From Podarcis bocagei (lineage: Eukaryota): a DNA stretch of 64,000 nt. The notes beneath the pieces were generated by a model. It was not told the origin of the DNA. It searched no databases and was given only the letters and a program-made list of their open reading frames with translations. The position numbers and the translations under genes were made by a program. Of the stretch, positions 26,374-39,732 are shown piece after piece. Numbering within the stretch: position 1 is the first letter of the stretch; the number at the start of each line of letters is the position of its first letter. The stretch lies in assembly GCA_964188305.1 (NCBI GenBank), contig OZ076895.1; one strand, 5' to 3'.

Positions 26374-26858
26374 CTGCCACAAATTAAATCCACAGCAATA
26401 TATTAATAAGATTTCACCACCAAAATCAAATGGTTCATATGGTGATACTTCCGTTAAAAATCTGTTCAGTGGCAAACTAGTCCTGGCAAGGTTACATTAA
26501 AATTCTGCTAACAGTATTTTAAAATGGCTTCTTTTCATAGTGATTATTCCTGTTCTTGGCCTACATTAACTATGGCTGAACATCAAGTGAAATCTTATAC
26601 ATGTCTACTTAAAAGATAGGCTTATTGAACTCCATGGTATTCACTGGTGCCTATTCCCAGGAAAATGTGCATAGGTTTGTAGCCTGATACTTTGAATCTG
26701 ATTAATATAAAAAAAGAGTCCGTTGTTAACTCTGGGTGTTTATCCTACAGAAGTAATATTTTCTGAAATGTATGGCTGCATCTGAATGTTTCAGGGCAAC
26801 TCAGTCTAGAAATTCAAGGATGAAAGTAAAATGATAATTGTAGGCATTTATTTTAGAC

Positions 26859-27206
26859 GCAGGTGGCACTCTGGGTTAAACTACAGAGCTTAGGACTTGC
26901 CGATCAGAAGGTTGGCGGTTCGAATCCCTGCAACAGGGTGAGCTCCCGTTGCTCGGTCCCTACTCCTGCCAACCTAGCAGTTTGAAAGCACGTCAAAGTG
27001 CAAGTAGATAAATAGGTACCGCTCCAGTGGGAAGGTAAACAGTGTTTCCGTGCGCTACTCTGGTTCGCCAGAAGCAGCTTAGTCATGCTGGGCACATGAC
27101 CCAGAAGCTGTACGCCGGCTCCCTCGGCCAATAAAGCGAGATGAGCGCCACAACCCCAGAGTCGGTCACGACTAGACCTAATGGTCAGGGGTCCCTTTAC
27201 CATTAC
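26859..27206 (+). mobile_element. Sauria SINE, near full-length
   Basis: tRNA-like head with GGTTCGAATCC B-box, CCTTTACC tail, TSD TATTTTAGAC. Confidence 0.93.
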
Positions 27207-27523
27207 TATTTTAGACTACTTTTTTTAAAAAAAGAACTAAGCTGAGATATTTCCGGTTAACTTTAAGATGCTATCAAGCATTTCTCCTAAATCAAGGGAG
27301 AAAGGACTTGTACACTGGTAAAGTAAAAATAAATAAAACAAAAATATTAATGATTAAAAATACTAAAGCCTTTGTTTCTCTTACAACTCTTGTCTTCATG
27401 TCTATCACAAATAGATTTTGTAAAAGATAATGAAAAAGTATTCTCTGATACATAAAGATTAACATTTTTTCAACTCTGAAAACTTGAGATTTAATTACAT
27501 GAAATACTGAAGATAGGACTCAC

Positions 27524-27691
27524 ATAGTATTTTATTTTTGAAAAGTCCTGGAGTTAGCATAAAATTAAAATACACATTCCCACTGACACTGCTTCTTGGC
27601 AAAGGAAAGATATTTTTGCTGGTGACATTGACTCCTATAACAGTGTCATTCTGACCATAGCTGGCTAAAATAAATGGTCCTTCCCCAAGTC
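27524..27691 (-). CDS. OTOGL: OTOGL exon w21: GLGEGPFILASYGQ...MLTPGLFKNKIL
   Basis: cag/gtgagt, 168 nt. Confidence 0.92.
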
Positions 27692-27930
27692 CTGGAGGAA
27701 GAAAAATGACAGTCAGATGTTAAATGATAGCAAGAGAAACAAGCAACTCAAAACACTGATGGATTTCTTTTTATTGATGGTTGTGTAAACCTTCTTGTGA
27801 CCATGTATGGTGAAAACTAGTCTATAAATACTTGGAACTACCATCACTACTACAGCAGTGTTTTGGGAGAATCTATATATCCCATATATTACTATTATTT
27901 ATTTTTAAAGCTCACAGAAATGCTACGTAC

Positions 27931-27957
27931 CTTGGTTGTAATAATCACAGTCATAAG
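27931..27957 (-). CDS. OTOGL: OTOGL microexon w20: PYDCDYYNQ
   Basis: tttcag/gtacgt, 27 nt, phase 1-1; matches the conserved DCEYYN motif. Confidence 0.88.
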
Positions 27958-28831
27958 CTGAAAGAAGGAACAGGCATACCATTTAATGACAAGCACAACA
28001 ACTCAGAGAATAATTAGAGAATTTGTGATTGTCAGTAACAACAAGACAAGGTCACATAGCCAAGCATTAAATTCTGATTCACAAAACTCACTCTTCTGTT
28101 CTTTTACTTATAACCTGCATTTTCCTTGGATTCTATTATTAGTAAAGAAATTAGTGTCACTCTTTTGAAGACCTAACCTTAACTGCAGTTTCTGAGATAT
28201 ATTTTTTCTGCACTGCAGAACAACAAGAAAACCCTTAAAAATGTGTTTCTACATTCACTGATTATTGGTTTTTTTGCAGCAGCAGTCAACATTGCTAATA
28301 AATTGCTAGCTTAAGAAGAGTAGAATACAAAAGTAACATAATGTATACACAGGCAGATAATATATACAAATAGTTACTCAGGTAGGATTTCATCTGGTAT
28401 TATAATTGAAATCAATGGTCTACTCCAAGTATGCCCAACACTGAATATTGCTTATAGTTGTAAAAAGGTACAACTTTTAACATAAGGTCCATCTGTAAAA
28501 ATTCAGACCAGAATTACTACTTCTTTTTAAGAATGGCAAACTGCCACATGGTACATCTTACTTGGACGTGCTTGGAGTCTTGGAAGCTTAACTACTCTAC
28601 ATTCTCCTACTAATGGACCTTAGGCTTGTTTGGTGTAGAACAGCACAGGGGAGCATAGCTATTGTTTACCCTTGAATTACTTCTGTGCAACCATATCTGG
28701 TATCAACCCACTAGTTACCAGCATTTGCACAGGAAACATTGCTGTACTAGAAATCAGTTAAAGAAAGTATGGAATAATCTGCTTTCCAGAGATTATGCTT
28801 GATGGCATAATGAATAGCAAAACATACGTAC

Positions 28832-28988
28832 GACAGAGAGATGGAGATCGCCAGTGAATTACTGCACCCTGCTGGCAGCATTTGTGAGCATAAGCTGCAA
28901 TACTTGTGCACAGACATTCACAGTCTCCGCCAAGATTACAATTGCAAGTATCTGTATGGCAGTTTTTGACGAATGATGTCACATCAAT
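28832..28988 (-). CDS. OTOGL: OTOGL exon w19 (C8): [27 protein letters not shown]...SPSLC
   Basis: cag/gtacgt, 157 nt; this donor is the one compatible with the next exon's phase. Confidence 0.92.
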
Positions 28989-31186
28989 CTGAAAAATATG
29001 GAGAAAGTCAGATTCAGAGTAGCAGAGGAGGGAAATGAGGGGATCTGTTGAAATGAAATTGTTGTGAGAGGTTACTGAAAACAATTATGGAAAGAGGCCC
29101 AGGTAAATTGTACACCACAGAGTGGTGGTCATTCTAAAAGGAGTCAACTTTCACAAACCTAAGGATAAAACAAGTAAAGAAGTCATTTAATGGGCATATT
29201 GATGAAAGTGTAGAAACAAGCAGCAAACATTGATTTAAGGACAGCAGGAGCACAAAACCAGCCAGAGAGAGTAAGATGTTAGATGACAAAGATGCAAAGG
29301 ACTCCTCGATGAGAACAAGAAAACTGATTGACCCTTTGCTTCAGCCTTCACAGCACAATATGTTAAACAAATAGTCACAGGTGAACTATTATTTTCAAGG
29401 AGGAGATCTGTCTCACAAAGAAGCGACAAAGAGTACAGCTTTAAACTGACAAATTCAGAATAATCATTTATCCAGGGTTGGAAAGCAGGAGTTCTTTTAA
29501 AAACTCAAATACAAAATTCCTGCTTGTTTAATGAAAACGTGCACCTTATTATTAAAATTGGCGTCCTTACTAGAAGATGGGTAGTCAGGAAACTTAACTC
29601 CAGTTTTTGTTTTTGTTTTAAGGACCTGGGAAATTATAGACCTGTCAACCTAACATTTGTCCTCAAAAATGGGTAGAAAACATGAAAATTAGAAGTCTGA
29701 AAAACTATGAGAAAACTAGCTTAGCTGACGATGCACTTTTGAGAAACAAAGCATGCATGTGGAAGTTTGACATTTGCTTTGAGATTAAATGGAAACCAGA
29801 AGTGGATAAAATAAATCTGACTACCAAAAGTGGTTCAAACACTGTTGTAGCAGCAGCAGCAGCAGCAGCAGTGCAATTAAGAACAGCAATAATAATGGCA
29901 TAAACTCATACTGAATTAAAGTAACTTTTGGGGGCTAGATTGTCTGTAAAGAGAAATGTTATAACCAAGCAAAGAATGACCATGCTCTTCAGTTATAAAG
30001 CAAATGCTGCCATCTACTGCATTGATTGGCTATGCAGCTGAAACTAACATGCCTGTCAAATCCAGCCAGCAGCTCATCCCATCTGCTTATTGTCATCTTA
30101 GCATGATATCACCATCACCTTTAAGTTGTGCTTTTCCAATTTCCTGGGTCATCTTTTCAGTTAGTCCAGAACACTATTTATTTATTTTGTACATTTGTAT
30201 ATCCCCCCTCCTTTAAAGGCAGCCTACAATAATGCTCCAGAAACATAATGGTAATCCTGATGTGAACTTGGGAAGTAAACAGTGGGAAAATGGAACTGAT
30301 GGTTAGATGGTTTCTGGTAACTTCCCCAGGTATGCTTCCTGGATAATACAGGCCTCCTTGTTCCATGTCCCATGGTGCAGTTTGGTATCTCCCTGTGTCA
30401 GTTTCTTCATTCAATCCTAGACACAGAAACCAGAACCTACCAACAGATTACAAGAGCCAATAGCAGCCTGCTAATAATACATTGTATGTACAATTCAGTA
30501 GTGATAAGACAAGGAGTGTGAGATGGCAGCTTGCTGGCCAGAAAGGAAAAGGACAGGAACATTTCAAACCCAAACAACAAATATCTTGGAACTGTACATC
30601 TTTTCAATAAAATGTTTTGGAGCTACCCTGCTTTTGATATGCTGCTCTTGAAAGGAGAAGGCCACAAGTTTCAAATCTTCAGGTGGGGACTACTAAGCCC
30701 AAACTGGAAGGATATGGAGGAACAGCCTATGGCTTGTTCCCCTGTAGCATCTGCTAAGTAGATTCCTAGAACAGAGCCCGGGGACATTATGTGGTGTGGT
30801 GGCTCCCTTGCCCTTCAAATGAGCAGCTGCTCATCTTGTGGACCAGGACTGAGCCAACAAACTTTGCTGCCTGAGACAGTCTCCCCATACAGAAGCAAAT
30901 CAGATTGGAAGTAGAATCTTACTTCAACCTCTGGCAGTGTCTTCTGCTTAACCTGAGGGCAGCAACTGCAGGATGCATGGTACACACAGCTCTGTAGCAC
31001 GATTGCTTGACACTGATCATCACCCTCCGCACCTCGCCATCTGGTGCCTGAAGCAGGTGCCTAACAGCAGGGATGACTAAGCCTGTTATGAGCCAGGTGT
31101 TAGTGCCACAGCAACTCTTACATTTGGCAAGCAGAGATCCAGAGCAAAGATGTGCTTTCTAGATAGCTTAGGAAATATATACTTAC

Positions 31187-31303
31187 CACATTGCGACAGG
31201 GGGCAAAAATATCACTGTACAAAACTGAACATTCCTTTTTGGCATAAGGGAACTTGCTCTGATGTACTTCACATGGTTTTATGGTCTCATTTGGGCTAGC
31301 ACA
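31187..31303 (-). CDS. OTOGL: OTOGL exon w18: CASPNETIKPCEVHQSKFPYAKKEC...CRNV
   Basis: cag/gtaagt, 117 nt. Confidence 0.93.
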
Positions 31304-33097
31304 CTGAAATCACAAGCACTTGTTAATAACTTTGGGTACATTACACATTTGTTGCACTGCAAACCCCTTTAGAAACGCCCACCAATCTGCCCCCAGTCTC
31401 TGAAATAAGACCCTGGCATTCCATGTTTTTGTTCTCTTTTCTCCTAAACCTCACACTTTCCTTACAGCTGAAAATATTAAGCTAGAATGGATCCTTCTTT
31501 ATTGTTTGGTTTTTTTAAAAAACCTCATGTTCCCCCCCCATCCTTTTTGGCAAACAACATGTTTTCTTTATCGCACATAATCACTGTTTCCACAGCAGCC
31601 ATCTGTAAATCATAAACAGAGCATTGTTTATCCAATGTACCATTTAGTTTAAACTTTAGTGCTCTGGAAATAAGGACAAAGAGTCCATAACTTTAAATGA
31701 ATAAGTTTGAATTCTGCAGGTGACAAAAGGATTTAATTGCAACTGCCAGCTTAAAATTTTGGAATATGATTTTTTTGGGTTAATATGGATGGTTTTAACA
31801 ACAACTGTAATTAATTTAAAAAGTTTATATGAAGAAGCAACAGTAGAAATAAATTAATTCAGGGACAGTAGAGGGACACAGACCACAAAAACCATCAACA
31901 TTAGTGGAAAACAACAACTCTCCTAAGCTTTTTAAAGAAAGGCGGGGAGCAGAGTGGGAGAGATGTTATCTGTAACATATACAAAGAGCCACACGCAAAA
32001 CAATTTTGTACACAAATATTGGGTGCCATTCACTCAGAGTAGGCCCACTGAAATTAACAGAACTACTTTAGACATGTTGATCAATTTCAATGGGTCTAAT
32101 CTGAGTAAAACTACCACCTATTATGTATATACCATATAAACACCATGATGTATTGCAGATGTCTGTGCTTTATTTCCCTGGGTATACAGAAGGCAACTCC
32201 TTCCCTGGAGATTGCTGCTTCTAGTCATGTATTAAAACAGACGTGTGCATATTTGTCAGATGTTGCCGAAGTACATGCATTATACACAGGGTGTTTTTTT
32301 TTATCTATTAGTGGCATTCATGTAGGGAATAATCTTATATGAAGCAGCCCTCAGATGGAGCAGTAAAGATGGTGAGAAAAAGCAGAGGATGGAAAATTAG
32401 TCAGAGCATTTGTAATCTGATGTGGCAGCAAGGTCATTGCACTTTTGAATTGCAACAGCAAAGGCGGGAAGTCATGGGGAAGAAATGCCTGCATGCTCTC
32501 AAGCAGCTGTGCTTCAGCAAAATAGGAGATGTTACATTGAGCTACGTGACTACAGTCTGGTGGGGGGGGGGGAACAAAGCAGGAAATAAATTTTAAACAT
32601 TGTCATACAAGCTGTTTGGCCTATAGCACAGTAAATGTAAGCACTTTTGTGTATCATATACACAAACAGAAACTCTTAACGGGTTTCGCTGTGATGCTCT
32701 TGTCATCCTCTTTGTCTTGTGCCAATGAAACAAAAGCCTTTCTAGGTACTAGAGTAGGGGTGGTTGGCCTGGGGCCCTCCTGATGTGGCTGGAATATACA
32801 AATTCCTTCCTCGGTGGAAGCTGCAGTCCCATCAGCTTCCATGGGGCCAAGATGCATTGCATCTCCTTTCGTATTTGCTCGCTCCACATGGCAACCATGT
32901 GGAACAGTGGAAATACGGTGAATGTGCAGAAGTATGAGAAGTGGTTGGCGATAGGACAGGGAACTACCACACCCAGAACCTGTCAAATTGATGGCCTACT
33001 AGTTGCTGGTTTAATGGTAATGCTGCTCCTACATTTCTTACACCCTCACCATCAGTTGCCTGTTTATTTTCAAAATGAATGGATATATCATGCTTAC

Positions 33098-33217
33098 CTG
33101 TCCTATTTCCCAGCTCTCTCCAAAGACTTGAGCATTTCTTACTTCCATGTTGCTGGATGTAGTCAGGTCATTTGAAGTGAATTTATCAAAATTGCCACAT
33201 AAACCAGCCAGTTTACC
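33098..33217 (-). CDS. OTOGL: OTOGL exon w17: GKLAGLCGNFDKFTSND...SWEIGQ
   Basis: tag/gtaagc, 120 nt. Confidence 0.93.
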
Positions 33218-33604
33218 CTAGAATTAAAACAGGATGATATATTTATTGATTATTTTCAATCAAAATAGTCAAATCAATCAAAATACAGTATCATGATGAA
33301 CACACACACACGCACACACACGCACACACACACTTGTGTTTCTCCATACAGCTTGACTGAACACCATCTCAGGACATAATATATGTCTTCATTTTAAAGA
33401 CTTCTATGCACCGATTATAGAAACACACTTCAATAAAAATGCTATGCTCGGTAGAAAATATTTGAAGTTGCTTTTGCTGAGGTACCGGTAAATAAGACAA
33501 GCTTCCATCCAGTTACTGACCCAGCTTTTCACCTCACAGCAGGATGGTATGCTCATCTTTGGCAGTGGATGGGGGGAGATTTTGAGCAGCCCCAGTCAGA
33601 ATGG

Positions 33605-33752
33605 NNNNNNNNNNNNNNNNNNNNNNNNNNNNNNNNNNNNNNNNNNNNNNNNNNNNNNNNNNNNNNNNNNNNNNNNNNNNNNNNNNNNNNNNNNNNNNNN
33701 NNNNNNNNNNNNNNNNNNNNNNNNNNNNNNNNNNNNNNNNNNNNNNNNNNNN
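33605..33752. other. Assembly gap (148 N), intronic
   Basis: Run of N; exon frame is continuous across this intron. Confidence 0.99.
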
Positions 33753-34431
33753 CCCAATTTGCAATGAGACAGCATAGCCCATATCCTTCCACAACCTTTT
33801 CTGACAAATAGAACCACATTTGAGTCTATAGAAACCAGAGCACTTGACCTCTAGAGGATCCCCTTCTTATGGAACCCTTGTTAATGTAGAACACACTGAA
33901 AATGTTGACAAAAGTCAGTAGCAATCACTATATTGTGAGGAAATATAGCTGGCAACTTGAAATAGACCTACCACAGGGCAGGGAATCTCAGGCTTTGTGG
34001 CCAGACAAGTCCCTCCAACCTCTCTATGTGACCCATGAGATTCTCCACAGGCCACACCCTCACATTAGCCACCTCCCTCTCCCCAGACCATACCCCTCAC
34101 CAGTCCTGCTTCACCCCACTTTTGTCTGGATGGAATGTGTCCCTGAACTCAGACAGTGCCTGGTGAGGGGATAGAGAGGGGTATGTAAGTGTGCTCCTAG
34201 TCTGTTGTGCAAAGATAAATGTTATACTTGCTGCTCTGCTCCCTATTGGCATGTGGTACCTGAAAGGTTTGCCCCAGTGTGAATACACCCGTGGTCTGAA
34301 AAGGATGCCCTATCTCTGACTTACTGTGCAATTTATATCAATCAAGAATCTATTTGTTGAATTAACAAATTGTTTCCTATAAAAACTCTGATTCTGCAAA
34401 ATATAAGCCACCCAATCTCATATCCATTCAC

Positions 34432-34578
34432 CTTCCATCGAACCCCCACTTTGATGTGCATTGTTGTCTTCCTATCCCATAGTATTGTGATCTCCTGGTC
34501 TGGAAAGTGCACTGCTGTATAATATCCAGCCTTCCAAAGCTGATACTTGGTTGTGACTTCATGTCTCCTCCGCATCCT
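34432..34578 (-). CDS. OTOGL: OTOGL exon w16: RMRRRHEVTTKYQLWKAGYY...VGVRWK
   Basis: cag/gtgaat, 147 nt. Confidence 0.92.
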
Positions 34579-35825
34579 CTGTGAAAAATATTATATTTGT
34601 AAAAAGGCTAATAAGATCAGCTTTCCACAGATATCCAAGCCAGAGTACTAAAATGAATTCATTAAAATGTCTGAATATCATTATTCAGAACCCATGAGTC
34701 ATTGTTCTTTGAAGCCAAATTGAGGCATATTTTCTGGAAATAGTTTTGATAGCTTCTATCTCCAAACAGAAATCTCCAAACTATTTCCAGAAATATCTTC
34801 GATTCTTCATTAGGCCAAACCCTTGCAAAGGTACTTTACCATATAATTTTCATGAGGTGCATGGTTAACTTTCAATGCAGCCTAACATAATAAAACTTTG
34901 TACTAACCACAACCATGATCTAGATAACAAGTTGATCAGTTTCGCTTCCCTAGAGGGCTTTGGTCTTGTGTTGCTTTAAAAGCAATTGCCACATTCCAGT
35001 TCTCTATTACACAACAAGGAACTAAAAAGTTTCAAAAGCTTTCTATAATACCGCACACAGGTATCCTCTTAAATTCAGGATATGTGCACAAGCCTTTGGC
35101 TCTACCTGAAGCAGCCATCTGGATTGTGGCCAACATAAGGGAGATCCACTGTAAACTAAAGTTGTGCTAGATGTGGTGAACGAATGAAGTTCCAGTGCAT
35201 AGGGGCACAATCAAGTACAGCACATGGAGGTGATGAGTAAATTACTTTGCCATATGAAAAGTTGATGTGAAAACTGGGCCATTAGACTGTCAGTTTTTTT
35301 AGCCTAAATAGGTTGCTTTAAACAGAGGCTTTTCAAGAATAATTATAGTAGGTTTGGCTCTCTCATATCCCTGGAGAAGGAGAAGCCACATTTGCTAGAC
35401 ATTTTCCTACCACAGATATATTCCTTTGGTCATCTGTTGACATCTCTTTGGGCATGACTACACTGACATTTCTCCTAGGCTTATGACCAGTGTGGTTTTA
35501 TTTTTAAGCTTTCTTCTTTCAATTGAAAGTTATATTGTGTTGTATGATGGAGGTCTTCCCTCAGAAACCCCATGGGATGGGAACTAAAAAGCTGAACAAT
35601 ACCATGGTTTCAAAAAAGTTCAGTGATGTCCAGCAGGATGCTAATTGAACAGAGGTCCATGTGGGGGTGGGGGGACAAGGGAAATGATGTTTTAGTTGCT
35701 GTTATGTGGGTTGGGCTTTTTTCCCCTTACATTATATTTGTTTAGACAAGTTGCATTTTAGTTAGCAAGTTGTACTGTGCTTCAGTGAGTAAAGGGCGTG
35801 TCAGAAAAGGGAAAACAGAACTTAC

Positions 35826-35960
35826 CCGTATGGCTAGGGGGTCATTGAAAAAAATCTCAGCGTCTCCAACAGAGATAAAGACACTTTTTGAACACACAAT
35901 GTCGTTATCAAAGCACTTTTTGTTCTGAATGATTATAGATAAGTTTGAACTATCTACACC
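35826..35960 (-). CDS. OTOGL: OTOGL exon w15: GVDSSNLSIIIQNKKCFDNDIVCSK...PLAIR
   Basis: cag/gtaagt, 135 nt, follows a 12.5-kb intron. Confidence 0.93.
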
Positions 35961-36716
35961 CTGTAAAAGAGAAAGGATTATTGTGAACAAACACGGTTAA
36001 ACATCACTGCAGCAGGCGCATGACAAAACTAAAGGCTATGTGTCAGATACTGCATGTGATTCCCTTAACTGGACTCCAGCTGCCTTGGGCTGTTTCTGGT
36101 TCAGCCTGAGTTAACACTGTTTTAAATCAAGTTATGTCAGGTCGACCTAGATATAAACTGAGATAAACCAGAATGCAGCCCAAGGAACAGATGTTACCCA
36201 TTCGGCTGCATAATGTATAAGTGGTCCATGTCACAGTACAACTCGAGTTGGCTGGAATGAAGTGACTTGGGATGACTGAAAACACCATTCCCATCTTGAA
36301 GACTGAATTTGTCAGCCAACACTCTATGTCTATGGAATCTTCCCAGAAGAAGACTTGCAAACTCATCCACAGATTGAAAAGGAATGTGGTTCCTCCTTTC
36401 AGCTTACTTGTATAACCTATTCAATTTTAGCATCATAACCAAATAGCTTCTTCTCAACCTCCATCATCCCCATTTAAAACTGAGGGTTAACAACTCATTC
36501 CAAGGCACTTCCTAAGGTGGGAAACCCTTGTTTCTACAAATCAAAACTACCTTAGAAATATTGAATGTATAAAACCAGCAGAAGTGCACTTGTGCAATTG
36601 TATGACTTAATCTGTAGTTGCAGAATGTTGACACATTCCTGCTTGCAACTTGAAATAGCATAGCCTAGAAAAAAGCTCAAATTAGCTTGTTTCAATAGGC
36701 CTTCAATTATAAAATA

Positions 36717-36957
36717 CAGTGGTACCTCGGTTTATGAACTTAATCTGTTCCAAAAGTCCGTTCTTAAACTGAAACCGTTTTTAATCTGATGCGCGCTTGC
36801 CCTAATGAGGCCTCCGCGCGCTGGTGCCCTTCCACCGTTCAGTTTCCGTTCTTAGACTGAGGTAAAGTTCCCAATCCGGTACACTACTTCCAGTTTTGTG
36901 GAGTTCGTAAACCAAATAATTCTTAAACAGGGCTGTTCTTAAACCGAGGTGCCACTG
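36717..36957. mobile_element. Tc1/mariner MITE
   Basis: TA|CAGTGGTACCTCGGTTTA...TAAACCGAGGTGCCACTG|TA. Confidence 0.88.
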
Positions 36958-37694
36958 TACTGCATTTCATTATATGACAGTACCCCAGAAGCAGGCTGGG
37001 CTGTGGGCAGGAGGGAGAGGGGAGAGAGATGACCTTACTGTCAAGTATTTCACCAGTCAATTGTAAAACTAAGTTGTGTAAAAAAAAAAGGAAAGTTGGG
37101 GAGGTGTAAAACAGCAGGTCTGAAGTGGCACACACATAACTTTTTACCTGTGGCACACTTGAATGACCACGGGTGATGACACTGACCACATAATTTTAAT
37201 TACTAATTAACTAATTTTATTACTAATTTAATTAAGTAATTTTATTACTAATTAATTAAATGTGTGTGTTGCCTATGCTGAAGCCTCTAGGCAACCTGCA
37301 ACACAGAAAATGGGAAATACAATTACATAAGAATGTCAGTATTTAATCCCAACATGTGTGCCGAGATGACAGATCAACCAAAATATAACTCTTGTCAATC
37401 ATATGAGTAGACAGATTGCCTTATGCTGCCATTTGCTCCATCTAGCTTAATTTCTGTCTATCCCAGCTGGCACCAGCTTTCCAAATTCACAAGCAGTAGC
37501 CTTTCCTGGCCCTGCTACTTGAGACACTTGAGTTGTTGGAGAGAGAAGGTGGGCCTTTCTGTGTGCAAAGCATGTGCCTCTCCACCTTTTTGTATGCTGG
37601 CTCAATGATGCTATGGCAAAGAGTGAAAAGGCACATTACTATAATGGGTAATTACATCTGGCCCCAGCCTCACTGCATACAGTGCTACATAGAG

Positions 37695-38044
37695 GTAAAG
37701 GTAAAGGGACCCCTGACCATTAGGTCCAGTCGTAGCCGACTCTGGGGCTGCGGTGCTCATCTCGCTTTATTGGCCGCGGGAGCCAGCGTACAGCTTCTGG
37801 GTCATGTGGCCAGCATGACTAAGCCACTTCTGGTGAACCAGAGCAGCTCACGAAAACGTCGTTTAACTTCCTGCCGGAGCGGTACCTATTTATCTACTTG
37901 CACTTCATGCTTTCGAACTGCTAGGTTGGCAGGAGCAGGGACCGAGCAACAGAAGCTCACCCAATCGTGGGGATTCGAACCGTCGACCTTCTCATTGGCA
38001 AGTCCTAGGCTCTGTGGTTTAACCCACAGCGCCACCCGCGTCCC
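37695..38044 (-). mobile_element. Sauria SINE, full-length
   Basis: Reverse complement of GGGACGCGGGTGGCG...CCTTTACCTTTAC; 11-bp TSD GCTACATAGAG. Confidence 0.95.
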
Positions 38045-38316
38045 GCTACATAGAGAGGAATAATCATATTCCCATCATGCTGCAGAAGAGGGAAATCAGA
38101 GCTATTCCATCAGCTCTTTGGAGAGAACTGCCTTTATCTCTTTTCCTTCTGTCATCTAGCATTGGTTATTCCATCATCCCATTTCCATCCTGGCTATTTA
38201 TTATAAGAAGTGTAATTTTCAGAACTGGTGGCTGAGTTTACTTTGTTCCTCCTCCCTCCCCATCCCTTTTTACTTTCTATCCTATCCTTTAGACTCAAAG
38301 CCAATAGGCAGAGCCT

Positions 38317-38321
<5 letters not shown>

Positions 38322-38396
<75 letters not shown>
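38322..38396. repeat. (CT)n(GT)n microsatellite
   Basis: Direct reading. Confidence 0.95.
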
Positions 38397-38400
<4 letters not shown>

Positions 38401-39055
38401 GCTGAAGAGCACAGTAAAAATGCTTTAAGTAAATGAAATTCAATTTTAAAAACCCATCTTTGCATAACCACTTTCAGGAGCAGAGCTACGTTTACCTTTT
38501 AAGGTAATACACAAAGACGGGAAGTACATTGGTCTGCCATGTGAAGTCAACTTACACTGATAGAAAACAAAAACAAAATGCTCCCCCACCCCCTAAGCCT
38601 TGCTTCTGTCTTCCCATTAAATTACCAAAAGAAGCCTGTTCTTACTTGGTATCAACTTCTTTGGGATAGTGGGGTGTTGCTAAGCAATGGAGAAACAGGG
38701 ACAGAAATCTGGGCAAGCAACCAAAAACTCAGCAAAGGGCCTGCATTTGCAGAAAACAGTATATCATACGTTGACTAAATAGTGAACTTTATAGCCTTCG
38801 GATGGGAAAAAAAGTAGACTGTCAGAAGAACTAAGTGTCACTATTTTGAATTTGAAGGTAAACTAAAATGTGTTTTCTGTTACATCAGCCAATAAACTAT
38901 TACAAGTATACCCCAAATCTTAGCTTAATAATGAGTGATATCCAGCTAAGGCATGCTCAGAGTAGACCCATTGAAATCAATGGGGCTACTTTGAATATGA
39001 CTAACGCTGGAAATCACCCAAGGGCTTTCACAATCTAATGAGTCATATTTTAATC

Positions 39056-39094
<39 letters not shown>

Positions 39095-39489
39095 ATATAT
39101 GTATATATATATCTCACACACACCCCAACACCCAAGCTGGCTATAACATTCAGAATTAGAATATGAAACAAACAGTGGTAAGCTAGACCTGCAATTGCAG
39201 CCATTGAAAAAAACTGAGGAAAAAACTGACAATAGTACAAAAGGGATCCATCCAATATCTCATTTCTTTTACAACCAAAAATGAATTATTTTCATTTCGT
39301 GCATACTAATTCTGACTAAGCACTATGTCCCCTTTTGTCTCTTGAATGATGTAAGAGAGCGTAGAGAGAAAGAAATTCCATCCACCCCCATCTCCTTCAT
39401 CATACTGAACCCTTTGGAATGTCTGGCAGTAGAGTCAGAACAGACACCTACTCTCCAACACATTGAAGGCAAAAACTAGGATGCTATCT

Positions 39490-39732
39490 TTCTGTTTTTT
39501 CTCACAAGAGGACAACAGCCATTTTGGGGACTGTGATCTTGTGTGTTTCCATGCCATGATTTCACCCTGAAAAAGTGCTTTTGTGGGGCACAGTGCCCCT
39601 AGGTGTGTGGTTTGGGGCGCCACACAAGATTGTGCCCCTCCAAAACATGTTTTTGGGTGGAAATTGTGGTGCAAAATCATGCAAGTTTATGGCTCCCCAA
39701 ATGGCCGCTGCCCTCTCACGAGAAAAAAATGA
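39490..39732. mobile_element. Decayed foldback element (~100-bp inverted arms)
   Basis: Left arm ttttttctc..gagg..gccattttgggga..ggggcaca is the imperfect reverse complement of the right arm tgtgcccc..tccccaaatggc..cctc..gagaaaaaa. Confidence 0.7.

Noticed and set aside
26859-26930. tRNA gene (GGTTCGAATCC B-box)
   Set aside because: It is the tRNA-derived head of a Sauria SINE.
32883-32903. Perfect 9-bp hairpin TCCACATGG-CAA-CCATGTGGA
   Set aside because: Short enough to occur by chance in 64 kb, with no supporting context.
33605-33752. Hidden exon in the N gap, and the X-filled ORFs across it
   Set aside because: Exons w16 and w17 join in frame with no missing homologous peptide; the ORFs are gap artefacts.
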